A stretch of 63,522 bases of DNA, the filler included, from Octopus bimaculoides (Eukaryota), in the NCBI RefSeq assembly GCF_001194135.2. It is 3 parts of 3 records of this genome, joined end to end, with 100 filler letters (N's around TTAATTAATTAA, not from the genome) between each part and the next. Parts side by side here need not be neighbours in the genome. Positions count along the whole stretch, not along the records: positions 14,563 to 37,157 come from NC_068997.1; 2 more parts are not named here. The stretch is one strand, 5' to 3'. The notes beneath the pieces are model-generated. The model saw only the letters and a program-made list of their open reading frames with translations, did not search any database and had not been told where the DNA came from. Of the stretch, positions 14,791-27,336 are shown piece by piece. Position 1 is the first letter of the stretch; each line of letters opens with the position of its first letter. The position numbers and the translations under genes are program-made.

Positions 14791-15337
14791 TATTTATGAT
14801 GACGTGATGATCTTCACAAAGAGAAAACTTAGATAGAATGAGAAAATATTGTGGAATGAAAGAAGATAAATTCAAATACTGGTATTTTGATCACAGTTTT
14901 AGAGAAAGAGAGAGAGAGAGATAGAGAGACAGAGAGAGATAGAGAGACAGAGAGAGATAGAGAGACAGAGAGAGAGAAAACGAACGTCACCAAACTAGTC
15001 ACTCTAATTGAAAAACAATCGAAATTCAACATCCACTGAAAAATTCTTGATCGATCCAAAAACGTCATATAAAAGTAACAGGAACCCACAACTTCTTTAA
15101 TCTGAGAATTTCGATATACGTATAAATAAAAAAATGTAAATAACAAGAATACTATATAAATGTCAGATAGCTGGAACACTCAACACAACCAGATTAAAAT
15201 TAATGTGCCACGATACTACGTATAATAAAAGTGAACCTACAAATACACCCACTCGCGCAACCATACACACACACAAGCACGAATATTTATGCATGTGTAT
15301 GTATATATGTATGTATATATGTATGTATATATGTATG

Positions 15338-15720
15338 TGGAGGCGCAATGGCCCAGCGGTTAGGGCAGCGGACTCGCGGTCATAGGATCGCCGTTTCGAT
15401 ACCCAGACCGGGCGTTGTGAGTGTTTATTGAGCGAAAACACCTAAAGCTCTACGAGGCTCCAGCAGGGGATGGTGGCGAACCCTGTTGTACTCTTTCACC
15501 ACAACTTTCTCTCACTCTTACTTGCTGTTTCTGTTGTGCCTGTAATTCAAAGGGTCAGCCTTGTCACACTGAGTCACGCTGAATATCCCTGAGAACTACG
15601 TTAAGGGTACACGTGTCTGTGGAGTGCTCAGCCACTTGCCCGTTAATTTCACGAGCAGGCTGTTCCGTTGATCGGATCAACTGGAACCCTCGACGTCGTA
15701 AGCGACGGAGTGCCAACAAC
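15338..15720 (+). mobile_element. Full-length tRNA-derived SINE
   Basis: Head ggaggcgcaaTGGCCCAGCGGttagggc...GTTTCGATACC (A/B-box-like), unique body, (caa)n tail, in a TA/TG-rich site. Confidence 0.8.
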
Positions 15721-16112
15721 ATATATGTATATATATGTATGTATATATATTTATATGTATCTGTATATATGTATGTATATATATACACACACACACTCAC
15801 ACACTCACGCACGCACACACTCACGCACACACTCACACACACATACACACAAATACACACATATGCACATATATATGTGCGTATGTGTATGTATGTATGC
15901 ATGTATGTATATATGTATGTATGTATATATATGTATGGAGGGGAATATGAATTACCCATCAGCTTGCAGACACTGTATTCCGTTGATTAATCTGTTTATT
16001 TTATAACTAAATTGACAAAAAACACAATATACAGACACTTATGACATACCATGTCATATCAACAATTAAGATTTCGAATTTAAAGGACATTTAACAATTG
16101 GAGAAGGGACAA

Positions 16113-16246
16113 AAACTTACAGCTGTTTCGGCCTAGCGTTGGCATGCCCCATTCTATCTCTATAGCTCCCGTACGCTGGAGTAATTAGTAGATGAAAATG
16201 ATGTAATGGGTGTACATGCATGATTCGCTAGGCCCCTTCAGAGATT
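16113..16246 (-). ncRNA. Degenerate hammerhead-like motif with enlarged stem II (Penelope-like remnant)
   Basis: Minus strand CTGAAGG-GGCCTAGCG...about 85 nt...CGCTAGGCC-GAAACAGCTGTAAG; perfect 9-bp stem II base, same stem III as the 29.9 kb family, A9 changed to G. Confidence 0.45.
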
Positions 16247-16518
16247 TACAAAATTCAATACAAATATAAAATAAGAATAAAATAAAAAAATAAAAATAAA
16301 AAATGAAAATATAAAAATATAAGGCACATAAAAAAGCCTACAAAAAGTATATAAAACCATACAAATAGTTATAAAAACTCCAAAATACATGCCTATGCAT
16401 GTATACTTTACCATACGCAGATATACATGGATACAAAAGCATAGCTAGATGAGTACATATATGTGTGCTCAGATAGATAGATGTGTGAGTGTGTGTCTCT
16501 GTGTGTGCGTCTGTGTCG

Positions 16519-16549
<31 letters not shown>

Positions 16550-17252
16550 CGTGTCTGTGTGTGTGTGTGTATGTACAGACGCAGAATGTTTCGTCAAATG
16601 GCGTAGTATCTGTGTTGGGGTTTTGTCCTTTTTGTTTTCTCTCAGCTCAACTCTCGTCTATCTGTCGAATGTCAGCTTTGTTGTGTCTGGTGTGCAATAT
16701 GCAAATACAGTGACATGCAAAATGAGAAAGCTCTTCATCGTACTTTGGCATTTGGTTGAAAAACAATTTCCCATTCTTAGAGACTCAATAATTTCATAAT
16801 TAATGTGTTGGTGTTGGAATCGTGATAAAACGAATATGTCAATTCGTTCATCGTTATGTGCATGCTTAATGTCAAGGGATTTTTCCCTTTTCAACAGTAA
16901 ATTCTCCTAATGCATGCAAATAGATGGTTGAGAAACTCTCTCCGTATCCACCGGGACCATCCCAGTATCAGGGACAAGTCTTTTGACTGGTTCCTGCCTG
17001 GTCGTTTTTACTATATCCAGAACCAACAAATTTTGTGTGTGAGTGTATGAATATGTGAATGTGCGTGCGTGTGTGTGTGTGTGTGTGTATGTTACTTGCT
17101 GGGTCTGGACAAATATATACGGATGTATATTCATATAAGTATTCATATATAAACTTATGCATACATAAACACATACATGCATACATACGTACGTACATAA
17201 ATACACATGCATACAAACATACATACATACACACATACATACATACATACAT

Positions 17253-17786
17253 ATAATGATTTGGGATAGAGAAGAGAAACTGTGCACAGTTGTGGAAATT
17301 AGCTGCCCAGCAGATGTTAAAATAAAGCTGAAGATCAGTGAAAAAGAAAACACCTATGCTGAACTATTGAGAAATTTGCAGTTACTCTATCCAGGTTACA
17401 AGTTCAGGTCTATACGTGTAATTATTGGGGCCCTGAGATAATGTAACACACTGCCTGAATATCAATCTTGAGAAATTAGGCTTCTCAAAACCAGAAATAA
17501 AAAAGCTAATTCGAAGACTACAGATCCAATCCATCACTGGAACTATAAAAATCTGTAAAACTTTCAAGAAGCTTATCATTTGAATATATATGAGCGTGTC
17601 TAGATATGCAACTATATGTATGAGAATACATACATAAAACATGCAAATCTACACATACGTACATTTATATATACTAACAAAAATACCCTGTTGTTGATGT
17701 TGAAATTCCAATGAATGGAGCCTTGGATATAGGTTAGAAACCGATTCTTTCTCTATAGACAAGAAATCTTGAAATAAACTGAATGA
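17253..17786 (+). mobile_element. 5'-truncated R4/Dong-like non-LTR retrotransposon (restriction-like endonuclease domain plus 3'UTR)
   Basis: MIWDREEKLCTVVEISCPADVKIKLKISEKENTYAELLRNLQLLYPGYKFRSIRVIIGAL is a PD-(D/E)xK REL domain; flanked on both sides by (CATA)n. Confidence 0.8.
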
Positions 17787-17899
17787 CATACATACATACA
17801 TACATACATACATACATACATACATACATACATTCATACATACATACATACATACATACATACATGCATACATACATACATACATACATACATACATAC
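17787..17899. repeat. (CATA)n microsatellite at the 3' end of the R4-like element
   Basis: Near-perfect tetranucleotide run. Confidence 0.95.
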
Positions 17900-18069
17900 G
17901 ACTCTTTAGAAGAATAGATGCACACACATGACTGTGTGCATTCACAGCTTAACCAAGACACCAACTCAACCACATATTTACAAACACTAGAAACTCTCTT
18001 AATTTAAAAAGTTTTGTCACTCCGTTAACGACCGGCTTGAACTCTTTTGAAAAGTGCTAAAATAAGATT

Positions 18070-18260
18070 CAAAGAAAAATATACCAATAAAAGCGGTAAT
18101 CCTGTGCAAACATAACAGATCTGATATTGTTCTGTGGGACAGGGAACAGAAGTCATTTACTGTCAGAAGCCTGGCGAATGTGAACGTACCATTAAAAAAA
18201 CACAGTAAAACTAGGAACATTTATGGTGAATTTTTGCGTAACTCACAGCTCTTGTACTCT
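18070..18260 (+). mobile_element. Second, more decayed R4/Dong-like endonuclease fragment
   Basis: CKHNRSDIVLWDREQK...NIYGEFLRNSQLLYSEY parallels the 17.3 kb copy. Confidence 0.65.
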
Positions 18261-18701
18261 GAGTATGCAAGGTTTTTCTAAGAAAGACCAAAAGAAATAG
18301 ACACGCTTCCGCGAAGTCCAATGGAAATTTGTAAGACATTCTAAAGATGCTTCATGTGAGACTCTTTAAATGAATATATATGCACACGCCCAGTTGTGTG
18401 CATCGACAAGGACACGTTTGTAAATAGTAATGGTGCACACACGCGCGCGCACAAACGCCTGAGCACTAAAAAGACATGAATACACAGAATATCAATGCAG
18501 CTGTATATATACCAATGTATATGCGCACCCCATCTCAACTATTAGACAGGACCTGCCTTAACTCAAAAAGTCTTGTCACTTTGTTAGCGACTTCATTGAA
18601 TCCCGTTAAGACCTTAAATAAGCCTCAAAGGAAAGCATATATACATACGCATACATATATACATATATGCATGTATACACACACGTACATACATATATAT
18701 A

Positions 18702-18965
18702 CATGGCTTAGTGGTTAAGGTGTTGCACTCACGATTGCGAGATCGTGAGTTCGATATCCAGACCGGGTTTTGCGTTGTGTTCTTGAGCAAAGCACTTCAT
18801 TTCATGTTGCTCTGCGATCATTTCGACATCTGACACCTGTTGCACCTGTACAGGTAATGTCAATCTGATGGACGGAGTGAGCTTATGTCTACACAAACAT
18901 TTGATCACTATAAACAAATCATCTGTGTGGTTGTTCAATAAGAAACTGTTGAACCTTCATACGTT
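18702..18965 (+). mobile_element. tRNA-derived SINE with CORE-like body
   Basis: catggcttagtggttaagg...GAGTTCGATATCC...cttgagcaaagcactt; inverse relative at about 19150-19320. Confidence 0.7.
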
Positions 18966-21900
18966 GTTTAAAGACTGGAGAGTCCATCTCATGAGTGTGT
19001 TTGTGTGTGTGTATTGATGGTGATGATGATGATGATGATATCTCTCGTAATTTGAGAAAAATTGTTGTTCTACAATTTCTTGCTGAGCAACCTGCACAAA
19101 TGATTTGTTTATAGTAATCAGTTGTTTGAGCTCATTCATTACCTAACTCACTCCATCAAATCGACATTGCCTGCAGAGGTGCCTGATGTACCACACGTGA
19201 GGTGTCGAAGTGACTGCACGGCAACGTGAGATGAAGTGTTTTGCACGAGAACACAATGCACCACCTGATCCAGTAACTGAAACCACGATCGTAAGTGCAA
19301 CACCCTAACCCTTAGGCAATGCGCCCTCGCACATACATACACACACACACATACGCGCACACAAGCGACTGGCTTCTGTACAGTTTCTTTCAACTAAATT
19401 TCACTCTCAAAGTATTAGCCAGCTAAAGACAACAATAGAAAACCCCTTCCCAATGCCCAATGTGCTGGGGCATGTCATTGTAAAGCGAACTTCTTAACTA
19501 CGCACCAATGCCTTCGTCTCTTTTATCTTCTGAGTTCCGATTTCGTATCCATCGGCATTTTATTCTATACATCTCGGATCGACAAAATATAAAAGATTAA
19601 CGTAGTATGCCTCTGTCGCTAATATATATTTCTTAACAAGCTCACTGACTAATTGCAACACCAGCGCCAGTCCTGGCACTGTTTTACTATACATTGCTGG
19701 CGCGGAGATGAATCGCTACTATCTTTAACAGTCCAACGTCCATCATTGACAAGACCAAGGAAGGTCGAAATCGCGTGATCTGGTGGTCCCTTCGGGATCG
19801 ATAAGATAAGTACCAGTTGAACACTGGGATCAATGTAATCGACTGACCCCCTTCCCCGAAAGTGCTGACCTGGTGCCAAAATCTAGAAACCAATGTTCCA
19901 AATATAACATTGTCATTATAGACACGCAAAACAGTTGAGAATCAAAACAATGTTTAGTATATTCAATAACACATTCCAATGAATTTGAACATGAATATGC
20001 CATTCAGTAATAATCTTTTTTTTTAGTCCTGGGTCCTATTTAATAACGGGTTGACTTGTATTTTCTAGCAGATCAATTGACCATGTAGAGCTTCGCGCGT
20101 TGGCTTTGATTTTAACCATTAAGATATAAACAAGTGGCGTTTACTGTTTGATTGTTTGTTTGTTTTTTCTAGTTTTAATAATTATTTTACAGATATAGTT
20201 TATCTAATAACTCAAGCTTTATAATACACTTTCTAAACTAACTTTACAATCAATAATGCGATCGGTCCAAAATCAGTATTTTCCTTTTTAGTCTACAACT
20301 TTCTGCATTTGACATTTTCATCAACACGAACTGCCTCACCTGATATAGTATTTTTTCCTTTCAAAAAAATCGTATCTATTTCTATTATTTCAGTTTTATC
20401 TTTCTTAATATGTTAGTGTATTTCCCTTAATTAGACAGGAAACAAAATTGAAGGAGAACCGTCCTAACAAGTGTAGTATACAGAATAAATACAGTATTGC
20501 TAAATGGCTATATCCGATAAGTAGTATATTGGGTATCATTTTGTCAGTTTTCGCTCGACCCACCTTATAAATGAAATGGAGGTGAAAAGCAAACTGTGGA
20601 AACCTGTCGGATGGCCTGTACGGAGTCGCGTACGTTCCATTTGTGGATTAGGTTAAGAGTACACCTGTCCGTAGAAACTAATAAGTAGAATTGATAAAAA
20701 AACTGAATACTTGTTGTCGAAGTCGACGGCGATCGTTTAACTTCAAAGGGAGTTAAATGTTTTAATTATAAGTTTATGTAGTAGCATGCTTTATTTCGAA
20801 TGGAAATTTATGCCATACCATTTGTCTGTGAAGTTCCCTTGCAGAGTATATCAACACCAACGAATGACTAGATAGTTAACAATTAATGAAAAATCAGAAA
20901 TTTTAGTCCAATGAACCGCCCCAGTACATTTTCTTTTCTTAAACCTGGTACGTAAACACAGCAACATCGGTTCTCAAGCGGTGGGGTGAGGGCAAACATT
21001 GACACAAAGACGCACAGAAATATATATATGACTGGCTTCTTTGTTTCCGTCTACCAAATCTTCTCACAAGGCTCTGGTCGACCTGAGGTTATCGTAGAAA
21101 AAGAAACTGATATAAAGTGCCACGCAGTGGAACTGAACCCGGAACCATGTGGTTGGGAAGCAATACCACACAGCCACGCCTGCGCCTATATATATTCATG
21201 CACAGAATTGAAGAGTCATCGCACAACTGTATCCTCACCTATTGTCAGTTTGAGTTGTTACTAAGTTATTACACCGTGTTCCACACAGACGAAACAATTA
21301 ACACAACCTGAGCGCGTTGAATTTTTTGATGAGCGCCAAGGTTGGTTGCGTACACTTAAGCTAAATATGTTACATATCGCAGCCAAATCTCCCTAAAATA
21401 AATTGTCTTAAATAAAAGACCGTGGACAATAAGTTCTATATACATAGATCTGCCTTTCACTTCAGACACAACTGATCGGAGTCATAAACAAGTTAATCTG
21501 TAATTTAAGGATATAGACTGAAGCTTGTATCTCCACCAATTAATCGCAGTTATTGGTAGGTCATGTAAATAGCTGGGCTCCAGAATACACCTTTCACAGA
21601 CAATATGACAGATGAATGAGTGAAAATATATTTAGAGCCCTCCGCTGAGTAAGCTTCTTGATCAACGGTCTGAGAAGTATAACGATTTGATGGTCTCGGC
21701 GCTAGAGATGGCAGGGATTTATCTCCCTGCTAGCGATATAAACAAGAGTGCATTTAACACCAAAAGCTAATATGAGACTTCCTCTTGTGGTATCTACTGC
21801 AGTAAAATTTGTTCTAACAGCGCATCCACGTTTAAGTGGGGATAAAACATAGCCTTCCAATACATGTATCTAAACAGATGACCAATCCTCAGATTAATTA

Positions 21901-23221
21901 CTGGACTTAATGGTTTTAAATCTTCAATGCAATTTGTAGGACAATCACGAGTCCTACGCTACGAGACTGGAAACCAAGCAACGTATTCTCAAGAACTTGC
22001 AATACCCAAATTTCCATAATCCAAGCAGTTATGGAAATTCCGAGGTTCGAGACCACTCTACAGATTACACGCAATTCTAGCTTTTCCAATATTCCTTACT
22101 GTATTTGCTATAATATAAAGGTAATGTCTATTCTGCTTCAAAATGTTTTAAGGAAAGTATCTAATTAATGATACTTTGGAAGAAATTTCTACGTCTCAAG
22201 ATGTCACCTGCTTCCCCTATCACAGTAAGGAGCATGCTATCACTCAATATACCATATACTGGCATCGAGAGCGCTTCGGCCCAGAAAATGCACTTTACTT
22301 GAAAGACATTTCTCAGCACTTTCACGTGTTAGTGATTCAGCAACATACTGATCTTGATCTTTGCTTCAACTTCCACAGTATAGTGACCAGGTATCTTTAG
22401 ACTTGATAATACTACTGAGGATAAAAATGGTTCATTGTTCACTTTGTTGTAGATGCATGGTAAACTTTTACGAATATAGCATGCTCACGCTAGGAAACAC
22501 GGTACACAATGCCAACCCCATTTTGATATCAGCTAACTGAAGTTTTATGTAAGCTAGTTGAAAATATAGGAAATGACGAATGATTGCTGCATTTTCTGAC
22601 ATCTTTCCCATTAAACCAATTTTACGTTTAGTTCTACAATCGCTAGTTTTAAAAATCAATGCAAAACTCCTTTGCTGCTAGAGTAGCCTCCCCTGAGTTG
22701 AATACCAACGAATACAAGATTATACCGATAATGCATCTTTTACAAAATCGCTATCGTAATTTCATGCAAATGCCTAACTAAATCAATACATTGATTTCAC
22801 AATTGTACGTTTTAACTGACGGATTATAAACACGATTTCCTCTTTTTCTTGCATAACTTAAAATTACTTTTAAACTGAAGTAACACTTCGTTTAAGCAGC
22901 TATTTTAAAAGAATTTACTAGCATGGTGGCAAAACCCAGTCCTTAACCAAATCAACAAAATGCGATACACAAAATCTTGAAAAAAAAAAATTTGTCGTGA
23001 ACCAACTCCAATTGAACAGCGATGGCTCCGGTTTTACGGGAGCTGGTTGAACGGATATTGTGCAATGGTATTTGAACCTATCGCTAACAATTCGTGAATT
23101 AGTCCTATGCACCTAGCAGCTATCTTTTTTTTATTACCAAATCGTTTGCTATCTCGAGTTTGTATTTCTGGACTGCCGTTTACAAAAGTCATCTTTACAC
23201 GCGTAACTAAGTTACTAAATA

Positions 23222-23263
23222 TTTCGCGCAATAACTCAAGACACTTCAATGTCGAGCGGGAAA
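23222..23263. promoter_or_regulatory. Pair of oppositely oriented E2F-type motifs in a CpG-retaining region
   Basis: TTTCGCGC at 23222-23229 and GCGGGAAA (TTTCCCGC on minus) at 23256-23263; motif match only. Confidence 0.35.
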
Positions 23264-25657
23264 ATTTTATTGAAAAGGTTTTGTAGTGTTTGTAGGACGG
23301 AGTAGCTAGTTAAAGGGGAATAAACCATGGTGGAGACGAGTTATCTACCGTCGATAGCCTTTCACAATATTGTACCTTTAAAGGATTTACAACAGTGGCT
23401 TTTCAGAGATGCGAAACCATTTTGCAGTTGTAATTCAGCCACTCATGACCACACATTCACGAAAAAGTAACAAGAACACAGGTTTTTTATGAGGTAATTT
23501 ATTTTGAAAAATTACCACCGAGTATACTACAAAATTTAGCCAAACTTCAACTCACCATGGTTACTTTTTACACTTATGTGCTATTTCTTAATGGCATTTT
23601 GATGCCTTATTTAGTATTTCAGATATTAAATTTAAATTTTCTCTAGTATTTATTAAAGTTCCCTGTCATTTTTTTTTTTTTTTTTTTTTTTTACTGCAAA
23701 AAAAATTAAACGTCATTTATTTTAAAATATGACACGTCCATTTTCTCCCTCTTTCTCAAAGATTTCAGGAGAAATGTTTCAGGTTGAACTTTCCCCCCAC
23801 CACATTGATACTCACCTTGTACAACTTACCAATAGCAATGCATCATCAGCCAAGTGACTGGCATTTCTTAACGTTTAAATAGCTTCCACCTTGTAAAAGT
23901 TGAGATAAGGATTAAGTTTTGATCGGTCTCATTTAAAATGCTTGTTGCTATGTTATTAGTTATTCTTATGCAGAGGACCAATAGGGCCTGTAAACCCTTG
24001 TGAAGAGTGCTCCTGAGTGATAAACAAGCGAAAACGAAGTGCATGCACCAACAGCAAATTTGACTTGGAGCCTTGTTAGTGTCTTAACATTGGGAAAACA
24101 GTTCATCTTTATAGTACTTTAGAAGCAGTGGCCAATACAGATTAGCCTGTAAATTCTTACATGCAATCGAGATTTTATCAGCGATTATGTGGCCTACTAA
24201 AAAGCAATAAATAATAGGTGGCTTGACCCAAACCAGTCATGCTGAAATTATGTGCAAGCAAAGCGAAACTTCTTAGTTTCCAGTCCAACATGGGTGCTCA
24301 TGTCTTGTCTAGTTGCTCCAAGCACTAATCTATTGGATGCAAAGCAAACCTACCTGAATTTTGTGTGTAATAAGAAAACAGGAAAATTAAAAACATGCAA
24401 GGAAATTTAGAAATACAAACCTTATTCTGAGAAACACAGCTTGTGAGGTTACATAACTGCCTGCAAACATCTCCAACACTGACAATGGAAAAACTCTACA
24501 AGCATAGATTTCCTCCATCTGGCTTTCAAATTTTCCACATTTACATTTAAGGAGCAACTTGTTCTGAACAAAGCTAAGATGAAACACTGCTACAAAGTCA
24601 TCTTTCCTAGCCATTTAAACATAACTAAACAGTCAATAGCTGTTAATATTAATCAATTATTCAGTTGCTTCGTTAGCTCTATGCTATACCTTATATAGTG
24701 ATCAGCTTATTTTGCATCAAATTAATTACATCTAATTAATAGAAAGGAAACTTTTATGATTAGAATCACCTTCTCTACTTCATTAGCTACTGTCTTTTAT
24801 ATTGTTGTCAATTCTAAAATTAAGACTTGCTGTTGAACTTCCTGTTTTCTGTCCTGGCAGTGTTGAAACAACATATAAAATAAAATATACAACCCAAATC
24901 ATTAGTACAATAAATGTCTAGTGCTTTGGGGAGAGCAGAAAGATCAATGGCAACTTTTCCTAGGCCATGACCAAAGTGACTTACCTGTGAGTGTGTTTAC
25001 CTGACATATCAATGGAAGAGGAATTGGCGAAAGATAATATCAATAAAAGCTTATGCTTACTAATCCCCATTATCCAAGAGTTACTTTTCAACTGCAAACT
25101 TACTAAGCTAAAAGGGACCATAGTGGCAATTTAATTTAGTACTAAATTGATTCAAATTTAATAGAGCAACTTAACATTTGTTATATTTGCACACATAAAC
25201 ACAATGAATTAATCTTCACTCAAACAAAACTCATAATAGTGTTTAAAAAGATCTAGTAGTTAGGTCATTGACTAACACTTATTCCACAAACAGTTACAAG
25301 TCAGATATTCTACACAGAACCACCTTCTGCTTTCACCTGAGTGAATGCCATGTAAAAACTAGTTTCATTTGTCAGCCATTTCACCAAACTCACAATTCAT
25401 ACTTTGCGGAGTGCTGCCATATGCCATGGTAGAAAAGGGAAAAGTTAGGTAGCCTCAGGTTACCCTAACAAATCCTAACTCAGGTATAGGATTCCTGCTG
25501 TGACAAATTTTAAATATTAAGATTTATAAGCTTTTGGCTGCATTTACTGGCACAAGATAGCTACATATGCATATTCAGAGTGGAGCAAGTATTTTTTTTA
25601 CGGTGATACTCTTTCTAATGAAAATATTTAACACTAAGAAACTCATCTGAACCTTAG

Positions 25658-25783
<126 letters not shown>

Positions 25784-26848
25784 GTTGTGCAAGTAAAACT
25801 CAGTACAACTTTTCTCATGAATTGAGACATCACATGAGGTTAGTCTTTACCTGTATGAAGTTCATTACAAAGTTTACATTAGCTATATATTCAACAGTTC
25901 CTACATGTTATACTGGGGGTAGTTTTATATTAAGGTTTAAAATAAAACTGATTAAAACCCTAATATCATAAATTCAGTACATAAATTATTATCTAAGTAT
26001 AATCAAGTTAGTGGTTAAACTTGCATAAACATTAATCTTATACATTAATGTATTTTGCTTTGATATTTCATTTGCTGTGGAGTCAATGGCAACACAGGCG
26101 TAACCAATGACAATTACTGGAATCTGTAGAACTAAGGAACCAATAATAATCACAGAAATTTCTAATTCATTATAAATTGACTTACTTTATATAAATCCAT
26201 ATTTACTTTATATAATTTATACTCTAATCAGCAGAGATAAAATTTATGCAAATTTCACAATAACCAAGTGTGTTACATAAAGTTATATGTGTGTCTGTGT
26301 AAGTATGTAATTAAATCCATCCCAGTTTCACTTCGGTGGATATAAAATATTAAATATTGTGCAATGGATAGACACACAAACATATTATATACACACACTT
26401 ATTTCTTAAGAAACTGATAAAAAGGACCATATATAATGGTAATCATTCTAGTAAAAAATCAAACTGAATAATCTAATCCTTATACCACTATGATCTCTTG
26501 GGTTAATGACAGAAGTTAGCAATAAGGGAAGATTTTTACAGTTTGATCGCAAAGTGGGAAAGAGGAAAATGTTAATGATGAAATCTAGCAATTCCAAAGT
26601 AATAAATAAATAGAATGTGGGTTTGGCACAGCTATTGGATATAGTAAGTACTATACATACTTTCATTTTAGGGTTTTGTTTTTCTGTTTTGTTTTCCTCG
26701 TCCAAGCCAACTTCGACACCAGACACATTGTGCCTCCATCTTGACCTGCTCTCCTCCATTCGTCCGTCAGGCAAACACATTACAGTAACAGCTATACAAA
26801 CTAGCAAATGATCTCACACACAACAACAGTGCAAGCATACACGTCATA

Positions 26849-26854
26849 TTTATT
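26849..26854 (-). terminator. Candidate proximal poly(A) signal of TARDBP (AATAAA) with GU-rich downstream element
   Basis: Minus strand reads AATAAA tatgacgtgtatgcttgca ctgttgttgtgtgtgag, about 490 nt after the stop codon. Confidence 0.5.
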
Positions 26855-27336
26855 TCCTTATACAAACGGCATTCAACCATACTGCAGACATTAAGAGACA
26901 CACCCTAAGACAGCCATTCCGTGTTCATCAGCATCAGATAATCCGGTGAATCTATCTCATCAAGTCTGTCGAATACACTCAATGTCATGCACTCAGCCAA
27001 ATGACGCTGGATATACGATGAGTAGTGTTCCCACTTGTCACTGCTGCTATAATGATCCACAGCAGAAACCACACATTAAATGGAGCCAATGAAGAGAAAA
27101 TAATAATCATAATGGGGTGGAAGGAACTCTCACATCTAACACTTGCAGCACTAAGCACAGGAGTTGGAACTTGGAGATTTAGGGTTTGTTGCTTTTTTTT
27201 CTTTTTTTTTTTCTTTTTTCACTTTTCTGGTTGGGAGCGGGAGGGGCTTTCTTTAAAAATAAGTTTATCTGGAACATCATGATTAAATACTGAAATCTGC
27301 ATACCTCCAACACTTCATTTTAAAACAAATTGTCCT

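Noticed and set aside
15338-15410. Possible tRNA genes at SINE heads
   Set aside because: No complete cloverleaf; each continues into a SINE body and tail
19990-20420. Protein-like minus-strand frames (KKDKTEIIEIDTIFLKGKNTISGEAVRVDENVKC...)
   Set aside because: Multiple stops, A-rich composition explains the Lys/Glu/Ile bias, no recognisable motif
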